Shown piece by piece: positions 9,053-18,098 of a DNA stretch of 60,286 nucleotides. Position numbers and translations under genes: made by a program. The stretch covers positions 1 through 60,286 of the IMG/VR virus record IMGVR_UViG_3300027911_000003; one strand, given 5' to 3'. Source of the stretch: a virus (taxonomy: Duplodnaviria > Caudoviricetes). The notes below the pieces were generated by a model. It saw only the letters and a program-made list of their open reading frames with translations, did no database searches and was not told where the DNA came from. Numbering within the stretch: the stretch's first letter is position 1; every line of letters begins with the position of its first letter.

Positions 9053-9873
9053 GCGACCTTGCTGGTTCGCTCCGCATCAGCGACATTGATCGCCTCGGAA
9101 AGACGCGCGAGGCCCCATCGCTTGTCGATCTTGATGCCGAGCCTGATCGCCGTCGCCTGCAATTCCGCGCGCTGGAATTCCTCGTCATCGTCGGCGCCGA
9201 GAGTTTCCGTGACTGGATCGCCGTCGCGGGGCGCCGCGAACGCGTTCGCTTGTGGATCCGCCGCCGCGACCTCCGCCGCTTTCTTGAACGCGACGAACTC
9301 CTGAAATTGCGCCCAAAGTTCTGGATCGCTCGTCGGCGCGCCAGTGGGAGCCGTGGGCTGGGCAACCCGGAGCGCCGCCGCGACCGCCGCCGCGACCTGT
9401 GGTATCATCCGCTCGATCATCGCGTTTTCGTTCTGCGAGCGGTTTTCCTGCCGGATTACGGTTTTCGCGTTCGTCACCTGATCGGGATTGAACTTGGTAT
9501 CGCGCTCGAATGGCGCGGCTCTCCACTCGCACTCGGGCGCATAATCCCAGACCGCCGAGACGCCGTAGGTTCCGCGCTCATGCACCGTCGCCTCGCGTCG
9601 GACAATCCCGAGTTGCGCCGCCTCATCCGCGCTTTTCAGCAGCCGCGGCGCTTCTTTCTCATGGTAAAACCACGCGGGATAGGTCTTCCCGCCCGTGCGC
9701 CCGAAATAGTGCCGGATCGATTTGACCTGGCTCAGATCTGGAATGATCGGCTTGACGGGCGGCGGCGCCCAATTGACGATTTCGCCGTCGCTGTGGATGA
9801 TCTTCGTGCCTTCGCCCGCAATCTCCGGATCGAGGTATCCGACTTGGCTTTTCGGAGGGAGAACGAAATTCAC
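9049..9873 (-). CDS. Hypothetical protein with C-terminal LGIKIDKRWG..RL (HeH/LEM-like) motif
   Basis: GTG 9873 overlaps the upstream TGA; YPAWFYH motif. Confidence 0.7.
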   Translation of the reverse strand: MNFVLPPKSQVGYLDPEIAGEGTKIIHSDGEIVNWAPPPVKPIIPDLSQVKSIRHYFGRTGGKTYPAWFYHEKEAPRLLKSADEAAQLGIVRREATVHERGTYGVSAVWDYAPECEWRAAPFERDTKFNPDQVTNAKTVIRQENRSQNENAMIERMIPQVAAAVAAALRVAQPTAPTGAPTSDPELWAQFQEFVAFKKAAEVAAADPQANAFAAPRDGDPVTETLGADDDEEFQRAELQATAIRLGIKIDKRWGLARLSEAINVADAERTSKVA

Positions 9874-10460
9874 TTGGATGCTCCCGCTTTGCTTACCGCA
9901 GCAGCGCGACGCTCGGCGCGACCCTTGCGCCATTCGTCAACCGCCGATACCTCATCCTTCGGCGGGGCGTTCGGATCATGCGCGACGTGGGCCGCGGTCA
10001 TCTCGTCCGCCTCCTCCTGATCCGACACGAGCACCGTCACCGCGCCGTCGCGCGCGACGTGATAGGGATAGTCCGCAACGATCGGCGGCGAAAGCTCGAC
10101 GGGCTTGGCCTCTCCCACCGCTGGCGCGAGATGACGCATGATATGGCTTTCATGCGGAGTGATCCACTTCGGCCATTCGTTCGTCGGGCGCGGCGGCAGA
10201 TGATGCGCGACGTACATCTTGCGGAACGCGGCGGTGATCTGCCCATCCGTCAGATTGTGGAGGCCGTGGACCGTTTTCGCCGCGGCGATCATTTCCGAGG
10301 TCACGGGGACCATCGCAGCCTTGTCGGCGGCGTCTCGGCGCGCTTGGCGGTCGGACTTGGTGGCCTCGGCCACAGGTTTTTCAGCCAGCGGAGACGCTGG
10401 CGCGAAAATGGGCGGGAACGGCGGAGTTGCGACAATTGGCGCGGGTGCGAGTTCGGTCAT
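9870..10460 (-). CDS. Hypothetical protein
   Basis: 196 aa, EWPKW motif, in the post-capsid block. Confidence 0.7.
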   Translation of the reverse strand: MTELAPAPIVATPPFPPIFAPASPLAEKPVAEATKSDRQARRDAADKAAMVPVTSEMIAAAKTVHGLHNLTDGQITAAFRKMYVAHHLPPRPTNEWPKWITPHESHIMRHLAPAVGEAKPVELSPPIVADYPYHVARDGAVTVLVSDQEEADEMTAAHVAHDPNAPPKDEVSAVDEWRKGRAERRAAAVSKAGASK

Positions 10461-10480
10461 GGCGAGAGCCTTTCAAATGA

Positions 10481-10519
10481 GAAAAACGACGCACTCGCGC
10501 CAAGTTACAGCGCGAGTGC
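10481..10519 (-). terminator. Putative intrinsic terminator after capsid/decoration genes
   Basis: Perfect 10-bp stem GCACTCGCGC/GCGCGAGTGC followed by GTCGTTTTTCTC on the minus strand. Confidence 0.6.
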
Positions 10520-10536
10520 AGAGATTGCAAACGAGA

Positions 10537-10890
10537 TCACGGCCCCGGAGCGGTCGGAACCGGCTGGGAGACCTTCGTCGCGTCGGCGATGTCCAAAACG
10601 ATGTTCGTCGGGCTCATATCCGCGACGATATCCACGATTTGCGTCGCGACCTTGAGGCCCTTCGAATCGCTGATCGTAACGGAAATCCCCGGCGACGCCT
10701 GCACTAAAGGCGTCAGCACTAAAGCGGGAGCCCCGCTGGCTAGCGCCGTGACCGCCACGCCGAGCGACGGACTTGACGACGCGACTGTGAACGTATCGCC
10801 CGCCGGAGCCGGAACCACGTCGCCGCCCGCATCCTGCGTCAGAATTGGGACAGTGACGACTTCATCATTGAACAGTTCGTAATTTGCCAT
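10537..10890 (-). CDS. Ig-like beta-rich capsid decoration candidate
   Basis: MANYELFNDEVVTVPIL..., V/T/S/P-rich, right after the capsid gene; an in-frame upstream ATG near 11022 is possible. Confidence 0.65.
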   Translation of the reverse strand: MANYELFNDEVVTVPILTQDAGGDVVPAPAGDTFTVASSSPSLGVAVTALASGAPALVLTPLVQASPGISVTISDSKGLKVATQIVDIVADMSPTNIVLDIADATKVSQPVPTAPGP

Positions 10891-11065
10891 GATTTGACCC
10901 TTTCGCGTTCGCACGGGAAATCCGAGCGTTATGCCCACGGCTGGAGCCGTGATTTGATAATCCGTCCCGCTCAAAATGTGCATCGCAATTCTGAGCAGGA
11001 TTTTTATCCGCCAAGAGTTCATTGCGTCGCCATCATGCTCGCGCTTTGTGACGACGCGGTTACGC

Positions 11066-12328
11066 TCACGGCACGATGTCGGCGACTTGGCACAACCATT
11101 CTGGCCGCGGAACCCCAGAACCGAACAAGATATCCAATCGGTCGATCGGCTGATCCGTCGCGGGCTCATAGCAAACCAGCGACCTCATGCTCAACTCATC
11201 GAAGTTGTGCCGGGCCGCCGCGATAACGCCCTTTCCGCTCGGCGGTATCCAAAGCGGCGCGACGACCATCGTAACGGCGTCGGGCGCGTAGGCGAGGTTC
11301 TCGCGATAGGTCACGCCCGCGTTTGCGAACGGAGTAATGACGGCATTGGCGGCAGGCGCCGCAGTGACGGTCTGGTATTGCTGCGGGGTATAGGGAAGCC
11401 CCGCATAGGGAACCGAAGACGCGGGCGGAATGATCGGCGGATAGAACGAAAGCGATGTGCCGCCGTTCGCGACGGGGGCGGTCGCGACGAACTGAGCCAA
11501 TGTTCCGAGCGTGTTGAAATTCGTTCGGTTGATCGCATTCACGCCCGCGATCGTAAAGACGTCGCCCGCGTTGATCGTTCCCGAGATCGCGGTGATCGTC
11601 AGCGTATTGCCCGTCTGCCCCGCCGTCGCGTTGACCGTGCCGGAAGCCATCGTGCCCGTGGTATGATTGATGACTGACTGATCCTCGAACCAGCGGAATT
11701 GCAGCGCCTCGTACATCATCGCGGCGTTGAACTGCTTCGAGATGGTCTCGACAGGGTTGAACAGGCCGCGAAGAGCGAGCTGCATGCGCGCGTCGGAGCG
11801 CGGGGCGAGCACGACCTTGCGAACACCCATTTCGCCGAAATTCGGCGCCGAGTTTTCCTCCAAGATCGCGCGCGCGAGCGCGAACGGGGTATCGCTCACG
11901 GGCAAGATATTATTGTTCGCGTCGACGTTCGCGGTGATGTTGCGTACGCTGTTCGCGGTGTTGACCATGATCTGAACCGCGACGTTCGCCGCCAGCGCGT
12001 TCACGCGCGGCAGCACGATGCGCTCCATGTAATCATCAATGTCCAGCGTGGTTTCGACCGTGGTAAATGCCACGTCCACATGGCGCTGCGTCGCGACGGT
12101 GAGCAGGAACTGCTGTTCGGTCGTGTCCTGAACCGCGAGGCCCGGGCCGTCTGTGACCGTATATTGGTTCGGATAGCGAATGCGAAGCTGGGCGCCGATG
12201 CGCGCGCCCTCGACGCCGTACTGATCTTCAAACTGACGGTTGATATTCTGCACGAAATAGTTCGTGTTCAGAAACATGCGGATGGAATACCGAGTGATCA
12301 TGCTCGGCGTAAGGATGTTGTTAGCCAC
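11066..12328 (-). CDS. Major capsid protein (P22 gp5-like coat)
   Basis: MANNILTPSMITR...GARIGAQLRIRYP...RLDILFG...RPEW; AAGGAG RBS. Confidence 0.95.
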   Translation of the reverse strand: MANNILTPSMITRYSIRMFLNTNYFVQNINRQFEDQYGVEGARIGAQLRIRYPNQYTVTDGPGLAVQDTTEQQFLLTVATQRHVDVAFTTVETTLDIDDYMERIVLPRVNALAANVAVQIMVNTANSVRNITANVDANNNILPVSDTPFALARAILEENSAPNFGEMGVRKVVLAPRSDARMQLALRGLFNPVETISKQFNAAMMYEALQFRWFEDQSVINHTTGTMASGTVNATAGQTGNTLTITAISGTINAGDVFTIAGVNAINRTNFNTLGTLAQFVATAPVANGGTSLSFYPPIIPPASSVPYAGLPYTPQQYQTVTAAPAANAVITPFANAGVTYRENLAYAPDAVTMVVAPLWIPPSGKGVIAAARHNFDELSMRSLVCYEPATDQPIDRLDILFGSGVPRPEWLCQVADIVP

Positions 12329-12334
12329 GGGATG

Positions 12335-12545
12335 GCTCCTTGAGAAAGCGCTGCACGATCCACGGCGAGCGATGATTTGGAGGGACCGCGCGAGGCGGCG
12401 ACTATCTCAGTTCCCAGGCCGAGACGATTATGGGTCGAGACCGAAGTCTCCGCGGCGTTATCGCAGCCGTGGCGCGGGCGCTCTGCCAGTCAAACGCGCG
12501 AAGCGTCGCGCATCAATGGAAATGGAACGCCTTCCATTCCGCAGT
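12335..12545 (-). ncRNA. Structured 5' leader of the capsid gene (candidate cis-regulatory RNA)
   Basis: Nested stems incl. CCACGGC/GCCGTGG, a GAGAC-UUCG-GUCUC tetraloop (12437-12450) and GGAAUGGAA/UUCCAUUUCC. Confidence 0.55.
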
Positions 12546-12550
12546 GAGAA

Positions 12551-12579
12551 AAACTACCGCAAGTATTATGGATAAGCAA
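12551..12579 (-). promoter_or_regulatory. Sigma70-like promoter for the capsid transcript
   Basis: TTGCTT-N17-TAGTTT. Confidence 0.45.
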
Positions 12580-12616
12580 ACCAGAGCGCGAAATGTCACG
12601 CCCGCTATTCGTGACA

Positions 12617-13420
12617 CTACCTGATCGCGCGACGCTTCGCCCACCGCTCGTTGAACTGGCGCGTGAACTGCTCGTCCGTGGCATCGTCCGAATATCCATC
12701 AACTTCCGGCTTGACGGCCGCGGGAGCGACAACGGGGGCCGGAGCCGGGGCTTTCGAGACGCCCCTGGGAGCGGGAACCGCTTGGGCGGCGGGGGCCGCA
12801 ATAGCCGCCGCAGCGGCTTCGGCTGCGGCAGGTGTCGCTTTCATTGACATTTTGACAAGCTCCGCAATTCTTTGACGCGAATTCAGACTCGCGAGACGAT
12901 TGGCTTCTTGCGGATTTGCCGCGAGGTCCGCGAACAGCTTATGGGCGCCCGCGCGATCGACCGCGAGAACGTCCTGCACGAAATCGTCCGTCGTCGCGCC
13001 GACCGCCGCGAGAACATTGCCGATTTCATCGAACTTGGCGCCCCCGTAGGCCGCATATCCCGCGCGGATAATATCGTCGCGTTGTTCCTTCATGATCATC
13101 TGCTGCGCGATCTGCTGCGGCGATTGTGAGGGCTGCGGAGGCGCGGGAGAGGGCGTCGGATTTGGCGCAGATGGGCTCGACGCAGTCTGCGCGGCGCGCG
13201 CAGCCATTGCTTCGGCGGTTGCGGCGCGCTCCTCGGCTTGGCGAGCGCGGGCGCGGGCGTTCGCGAGCTCCTCCAGATACCATGGCTTTGCGGCTGGCGC
13301 TGGCGGTGTTTCTGGCGCTGGCACTGGCTCAGGCGCGGCAATCGCGGCAGGAGGCTCTACGGGCTCCGCAGGCGCGGGAATTGGCGTTTGCTCGATGTTC
13401 TCGTCGGCCATCGTTCGCAT
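12617..13420 (-). CDS. Scaffolding protein
   Basis: P/A/E-rich N-terminus, coiled coil, LAANPQEANRLASL motif; immediately upstream of capsid. Confidence 0.8.
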   Translation of the reverse strand: MRTMADENIEQTPIPAPAEPVEPPAAIAAPEPVPAPETPPAPAAKPWYLEELANARARARQAEERAATAEAMAARAAQTASSPSAPNPTPSPAPPQPSQSPQQIAQQMIMKEQRDDIIRAGYAAYGGAKFDEIGNVLAAVGATTDDFVQDVLAVDRAGAHKLFADLAANPQEANRLASLNSRQRIAELVKMSMKATPAAAEAAAAAIAAPAAQAVPAPRGVSKAPAPAPVVAPAAVKPEVDGYSDDATDEQFTRQFNERWAKRRAIR

Positions 13421-13623
13421 CAGTCCTCAGTTATCGCGGCTCGCTGCAACCAAAGCGCCGCATAAGCCATCCGCTCTCTCGACATTCCAAAATGCGCCAT
13501 CTTAATTTCTTCATCCTTGGAAAATGTCATAATCACGAGGTTTGCGATTTCGTCATCTTCCATCACATGGGCGACAAGCGCGCGCCAGTTCTCAAATTTT
13601 CCCCTAAGTGCGACAATCGGCAT
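13420..13623 (-). CDS. Hypothetical protein
   Basis: 67 aa coupled ORF. Confidence 0.6.
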   Translation of the reverse strand: MPIVALRGKFENWRALVAHVMEDDEIANLVIMTFSKDEEIKMAHFGMSRERMAYAALWLQRAAITED

Positions 13624-13625
13624 CC

Positions 13626-14084
13626 TCAGTGCCTCGTTTTGAGAATTTTTGCCGCGCCGTTCGCCAGCGCAGCCCGAAAATTCGGCTTTTTCCCGAATTT
13701 GTCAAGAATAAGCGCATTCTCCCGCTTATCTCCGACGAATTGTTGCGTGTTCGGCTTCAATTGCAGGCGGGTATCGCTCTCCTGGCCTTGGGCAATCTTG
13801 CGCTCCAGCACCAGCGCCTTGAAAATCTGCTGCTTTTTGGCCTCCGGCACCTTTTTGTCCGCGAGTTGCGCGGTGTACATCTCGCGCGTCGCCTGAACGA
13901 ATGTTTTCCAGTTCGCTTTGACGAAAAGGTCCTCGTCGGGCCAGTTTATGCGGAATTTCTCGCTGCGGTTCATGCCGTGAAACTCGCCGGCGACCTGCGC
14001 GGCGTCGTTATAGAGCATCTGAATGAGCTTTGCGGCCTCGGAAACCGAGATTTGCTCGCCGTTGAGTTCGATTGTCCTGGTCAT
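13626..14084 (-). CDS. Hypothetical protein
   Basis: 152 aa coupled ORF. Confidence 0.7.
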   Translation of the reverse strand: MTRTIELNGEQISVSEAAKLIQMLYNDAAQVAGEFHGMNRSEKFRINWPDEDLFVKANWKTFVQATREMYTAQLADKKVPEAKKQQIFKALVLERKIAQGQESDTRLQLKPNTQQFVGDKRENALILDKFGKKPNFRAALANGAAKILKTRH

Positions 14085-14290
14085 AGGGGCTTGTTGATCT
14101 GGATAGGCGCAAGGATTTGACGCCCGAAGGCGTCGAACTGAAATGAAAAGCCGACGTAGAGCCCAGCTTTCCGAGCATCTTCCAGAATGAGGCCGACAGG
14201 CGCGAGAGCTTCGGTCAGGCGCCGGCGCAACTCCGCGGCGATCTCGGCATCCAAGGGCGCAGGCGAGACATGGACGATTTCAGCGCTCAT
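14081..14290 (-). CDS. Hypothetical protein
   Basis: 69 aa, ATGA-coupled. Confidence 0.6.
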   Translation of the reverse strand: MSAEIVHVSPAPLDAEIAAELRRRLTEALAPVGLILEDARKAGLYVGFSFQFDAFGRQILAPIQINKPL

Positions 14291-14448
14291 TTCTTCTTTC
14301 CTCTGCGCCCCTCGCTATAGCCGATCGCGAGCGCCTGAGCCTTGGATTTGACGATCGGGCCGGATTTGCTACCAGAGTGCAACTCGCCTTTGGAAAATTC
14401 CTTGGCGGCCTTCTCGACCTTGCGCTCCACGTTCGACTTGGCTTTCAT
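14287..14448 (-). CDS. Small basic protein (DUF6496-like)
   Basis: Manual translation MKAKSNVERKVEKAAKEFSKGELHSGSKSGPIVKSKAQALAIGYSEGRRGKKK. Confidence 0.75.
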   Translation of the reverse strand: MKAKSNVERKVEKAAKEFSKGELHSGSKSGPIVKSKAQALAIGYSEGRRGKKK

Positions 14449-14457
14449 CGCGCGTCC

Positions 14458-14682
14458 TCAATGCAACTGCCGGAAGCCGCCGCCAAAACTCGGCGCGGTT
14501 CCCGAAAGCGTCATCAGACAATAGATCAAAACCAGAATGAAGAAAATAAGCCAAATCGCGCGCTCGACCCGCGCATCCACAGCCATGAATGTCTTGACAG
14601 CCAGGAGCGCGAGGAAAACGACGCCGCCAAGGACGATGACGCCAATCGCGAGCCACAGGATGGAAATCGCAAGTCCGATCAT
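14458..14682 (-). CDS. Small two-TM membrane protein
   Basis: Two hydrophobic stretches; GGAG RBS. Confidence 0.7.
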   Translation of the reverse strand: MIGLAISILWLAIGVIVLGGVVFLALLAVKTFMAVDARVERAIWLIFFILVLIYCLMTLSGTAPSFGGGFRQLH

Positions 14683-14694
14683 GGCGAAACTCCG

Positions 14695-14907
14695 CTATTT
14701 GCGCTTGCCCTTGAGAACCCGATCGGCTTTCGCGTCGATCTTGGACTTTTCGGACGAGGACAGCCTGCCCTTGTGCTCCATCTCGGAAGCGCGCGCCTTC
14801 GCGTTGCGGGCGTGGGATTTGTCCTCGATCGGATACTTCCGCTCGCTCGGCTCCGCGAATTTGGCTTTCGGCAGTTCCTTGCGGTGCGCGCGAGATAGCT
14901 TGCTCAC
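14695..14907 (-). CDS. Small basic protein (RKYPIEDKSHARNA motif)
   Basis: GTG 14907 coupled to the upstream stop; motif seen in small basic phage proteins. Confidence 0.7.
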   Translation of the reverse strand: MSKLSRAHRKELPKAKFAEPSERKYPIEDKSHARNAKARASEMEHKGRLSSSEKSKIDAKADRVLKGKRK

Positions 14908-15143
14908 GGCATTTCTCCAAGGCCGAACGTGTCGGGTTCCGCGCCCAACCGTTCGATGAGCTGTTCGGCGGTCGCCAATCGTTGGGAAAGCTTTCGGACT
15001 TCCTTTATAAACCAAGGTTCATCATCGCAGATGCGTGCGATCTGCTCAGGTCGGACGCTACTCTTATCGCCTACTTTCTTAGCTTCGCGCATCAAGTCAA
15101 ACCAAGGTCTATTCGGGTTGAGCAACCTATTCATGTCCCTCAT
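14904..15143 (-). CDS. Hypothetical protein
   Basis: 79 aa coupled ORF. Confidence 0.55.
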   Translation of the reverse strand: MRDMNRLLNPNRPWFDLMREAKKVGDKSSVRPEQIARICDDEPWFIKEVRKLSQRLATAEQLIERLGAEPDTFGLGEMP

Positions 15144-15313
15144 TTCCGAGCGCCCTTGAATGTCTGTCCGCTCCGCGCCCCGCCCCGGCGCTTTTCGCCC
15201 TTGTTCACGGGGCTGTCAACATCGCGCGGGGAGCCAAGGCCCTTCTTGAGCCCAACCTTCAGACCTCCGCTGCTGCTGGCGTCCATCTTCTTGCCTTCCA
15301 TGCCCTTTGTCAT
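15140..15313 (-). CDS. Small basic K/G-rich protein
   Basis: GGAG RBS then ATG 15313. Confidence 0.6.
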   Translation of the reverse strand: MTKGMEGKKMDASSSGGLKVGLKKGLGSPRDVDSPVNKGEKRRGGARSGQTFKGARK

Positions 15314-15325
15314 TGGCTGCTCCAA

Positions 15326-15472
15326 TCAGGGGATTGTCGTTCCGAATATGCGGAAAACCACGAATGCAAGCGTTCCCGCACCCGCAAGCATTCCGAGAAT
15401 AAAGACGATCAGCGTTTGCATTCCAGCGCGTCCCGCTTCTTTGACCGCATCGAACCATGCAAGGCGGCTCAT
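15326..15472 (-). CDS. 48-aa single-TM peptide
   Basis: Manual translation MSRLAWFDAVKEAGRAGMQTLIVFILGMLAGAGTLAFVVFRIFGTTIP; ATGA-coupled. Confidence 0.55.
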   Translation of the reverse strand: MSRLAWFDAVKEAGRAGMQTLIVFILGMLAGAGTLAFVVFRIFGTTIP

Positions 15473-15690
15473 GCCGGCAGTTCAACCCCAGCTTGAGACC
15501 TCAGAAACTCGATGATCTTTCGCGCCTTCGCGCGCGCCGCTTGCTTTCCCGATCGAGTAGTATCCCGCTCCCAATCGAACATATCGTCGGAAGTAGTCGG
15601 CACCAACGCCTCGATGCTCGCGATATATTGGCTGAGGGCCTCTTGCACGCCGAAAGTCTCAACAAAGGCCGATCTCTTCGCCACTTTCAC
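15469..15690 (-). CDS. Hypothetical protein
   Basis: 73 aa, GTGA-coupled to portal. Confidence 0.55.
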   Translation of the reverse strand: MKVAKRSAFVETFGVQEALSQYIASIEALVPTTSDDMFDWERDTTRSGKQAARAKARKIIEFLRSQAGVELPA

Positions 15691-17882
15691 GCCCCGGAAC
15701 CGTTCGTCGAAGGCTTAGGCATAGCCGAATTGACTTGCATGTCAATGTCACCCTGGTTCGCCATCGTAATGTTATCCAGAACATGATCGTGCAGGCGCAG
15801 CCCTAATTCGTGCTCCATCCGCGCCTGCTCGCCCGCGGGCAACCCCAGTTTCGCCATCGCATCCACGATGACCTGTAGGCGCTTCGTCTCCGCGTTCGAC
15901 GCCTCCACATCCCTCCGCTCGTCTCTCCCCTTGATTTGCAAATCTTTCATCGCGAGCTTTTGCATCAATTCAGCATTGAGGGCGGTCAGTTTCTGCAACT
16001 GCTGCGTCGCCGCTGCGAGCGCGGGTTCCTTCGTCGGATCGAACAGATAAGGCTTCGTCGCCTTGATTTCTTTCTCCAAGCGCTCCGCGATATCGTCCGC
16101 GCCGGGGAAATCGCCGTACTTAAAGATCAAATCCCCAATAACTCCCGCGAGCGCCATATTCTGCTGCAAGATGAGCGAATAGGCCGCCCATGCCTCTTGA
16201 CGTTGCGTCGCATAATCCGGCCCCGGATCGCTGACGACCTCGAACTCCCCTAGCTTCGGGTTAAACGCGAGCCGCGTCGCTTCCTCGTCATCTTTCTCTC
16301 GCTGCAACTCGATCAAATCGTCCTGCTGGTTCGGGTCGATCTGTATCCAGAACTTCTCCCCGTCATCGCCCGTGATATGCAGCGCCCTCTTGGTGTCGTA
16401 TATCTTTGGATATAGGTCGATTAGCTGCCGCCCCGCATAGCGCAGCATCGCCGCGAAATTGTCCGGGAAATGGTGCGTTGCGGTATCGCCTTGCTGCTGG
16501 CGTTCGCCAATCGCCTTTCCGCTCGCGGCGCTCTGTTGGTCTTCCTCGCCCATTTGGGCCTGAAACTGGCCGGAAATCATCATCATCTGACGTTCCGCAG
16601 ACGCCGCGACGCTCATATGCGCTTGCGGCACATCGACCGGAGGTATCCGCGTCGGTGGCGGAATGATCTGCGTCTCGCCTTCGCCCTCTTCATCCACTCC
16701 CGTATACTGAAGCACTCCATAGGTCTGGACGTTGGCGTCTTTCCACTGCTCCTGCCCTTCGGTTGCCCTGCTATCCGCGAGCCATTGCGAGAGCACCCCG
16801 AGCGCGACTGCCTGAACCCCTCCACTCGCGCCGTAATTCAGCATGCGCTGCGCATCGATCAGCGGGCGCGTATGACCCTTCCGATCAAGCTGTCCATCAA
16901 CCACGATCTCACGCCCGATCGCGGGACAAATTGGAATGAACTTCCCCGGCCAGACGCCCCTGTCGATTATTACATCGCCGCCGATCAGAAACCATTCGAC
17001 CTTGGGATTGCCGACCTTTCGCGTGCGCCCGTCGATCCTGCCCTCTTTAATGTCCTCCATCAGCATCTTGAACAGATCGCGCCCTGCTTCGTCCTTCAGT
17101 TCGCTCGCGAGTTTTTCGACCTCGACGCCGTTCTCGTCAGTGTACGCGACAAGCGTGTCCGCCTTTTCGCTCTTGCGATAATATTTGACGACCATGACCT
17201 CTTTGTCGGTCAGCCAGTCCACAAGCCCGCTCTCAATCGGAGCCTGCCCGATCTTGTCCTTGAAATCAGGGTATTTGCGATTGAACTCATGCTTGGGAAA
17301 GCGCCGGAAAATAAACCCGAAATTACTATCAGACTTATCCGGCTCGCGCGCCCAAGGATCGAGCAGAATGCCGCCTGGGTCCTCGCCGACAGTCAGATAA
17401 ATGTCCTGATCGAACGAGCGCTCAGAAACATAGCGCGTTTCGAGCAACAGATAGCCAATTCCCCCGTCGACCTGATGCTCCGCGATCTTTCGCGCTTGGC
17501 TCGGAAACGCCGAAATGTCCTGTGTCCGCCGCACCAACTTCTGATACATTTCCGCGGCTTTATAGCTCGCTTTCCCCGCTGTTGGCCTGATCTTGACCGC
17601 ATAAGGCGTTTTCATCATCGAATTGATGATCATGTCGTTGTGGCCGCGAACCTTGTTGATCGTCAAACAAGGTAGCGATTTGTCATCCCGGAGCTTGAAT
17701 TGCTTCTGCGGCCATTGCCACATATTGCGGGCGTCAGCATTCGCATATTTGCGGTCCTCCGCCGCGTTGATGTCCTCAAGGCCCTGCCAGTCCTTCGCGG
17801 CCTTGTAGCGATAGGCAGCTTCTTTGACGATGTCGTGTTCGCTCGTCGCGGGCTTGCCGCTATCGTCAGCGCCGAACAGCAT
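15687..17882 (-). CDS. Portal protein (P22 gp1-like)
   Basis: 731 aa; PCLTINK, DAQRMLNY, SGKAI..RQQQG, GPDYATQRQEA motifs. Confidence 0.95.
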   Translation of the reverse strand: MLFGADDSGKPATSEHDIVKEAAYRYKAAKDWQGLEDINAAEDRKYANADARNMWQWPQKQFKLRDDKSLPCLTINKVRGHNDMIINSMMKTPYAVKIRPTAGKASYKAAEMYQKLVRRTQDISAFPSQARKIAEHQVDGGIGYLLLETRYVSERSFDQDIYLTVGEDPGGILLDPWAREPDKSDSNFGFIFRRFPKHEFNRKYPDFKDKIGQAPIESGLVDWLTDKEVMVVKYYRKSEKADTLVAYTDENGVEVEKLASELKDEAGRDLFKMLMEDIKEGRIDGRTRKVGNPKVEWFLIGGDVIIDRGVWPGKFIPICPAIGREIVVDGQLDRKGHTRPLIDAQRMLNYGASGGVQAVALGVLSQWLADSRATEGQEQWKDANVQTYGVLQYTGVDEEGEGETQIIPPPTRIPPVDVPQAHMSVAASAERQMMMISGQFQAQMGEEDQQSAASGKAIGERQQQGDTATHHFPDNFAAMLRYAGRQLIDLYPKIYDTKRALHITGDDGEKFWIQIDPNQQDDLIELQREKDDEEATRLAFNPKLGEFEVVSDPGPDYATQRQEAWAAYSLILQQNMALAGVIGDLIFKYGDFPGADDIAERLEKEIKATKPYLFDPTKEPALAAATQQLQKLTALNAELMQKLAMKDLQIKGRDERRDVEASNAETKRLQVIVDAMAKLGLPAGEQARMEHELGLRLHDHVLDNITMANQGDIDMQVNSAMPKPSTNGSGA

Positions 17883-17885
17883 CGA

Positions 17886-18098
17886 TCACCGCCCACATTC
17901 TCGCTGAGCGACGGCCGGTTTGTCAGGACTAAAAATGGCGCCCGGCACTCTCATCCAAGGCCGACCTTCTCGCAGTGTTTCTTCTAAATTAGGGTCATCG
18001 TCGATAGGAACGACTACATATAAAGGCGCATGCCAAGTCAGGATTGGCGCCTCCGACATCCATATTTGAATTGGGACGCCCAAAACGTCTTTCATCAT
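17886..18098 (-). CDS. Hypothetical protein between TerL and portal
   Basis: ATGA-coupled to TerL; AT-richer. Confidence 0.5.
   Translation of the reverse strand: MMKDVLGVPIQIWMSEAPILTWHAPLYVVVPIDDDPNLEETLREGRPWMRVPGAIFSPDKPAVAQRECGR

Noticed and set aside
16470-17675. Long plus-strand ORFs opposite portal and other late genes (also 1094-1795, 9250-10020, 19022-19765, 47995-48867, 58363-59217)
   Set aside because: Antisense shadows of GC-rich genes with clear minus-strand products
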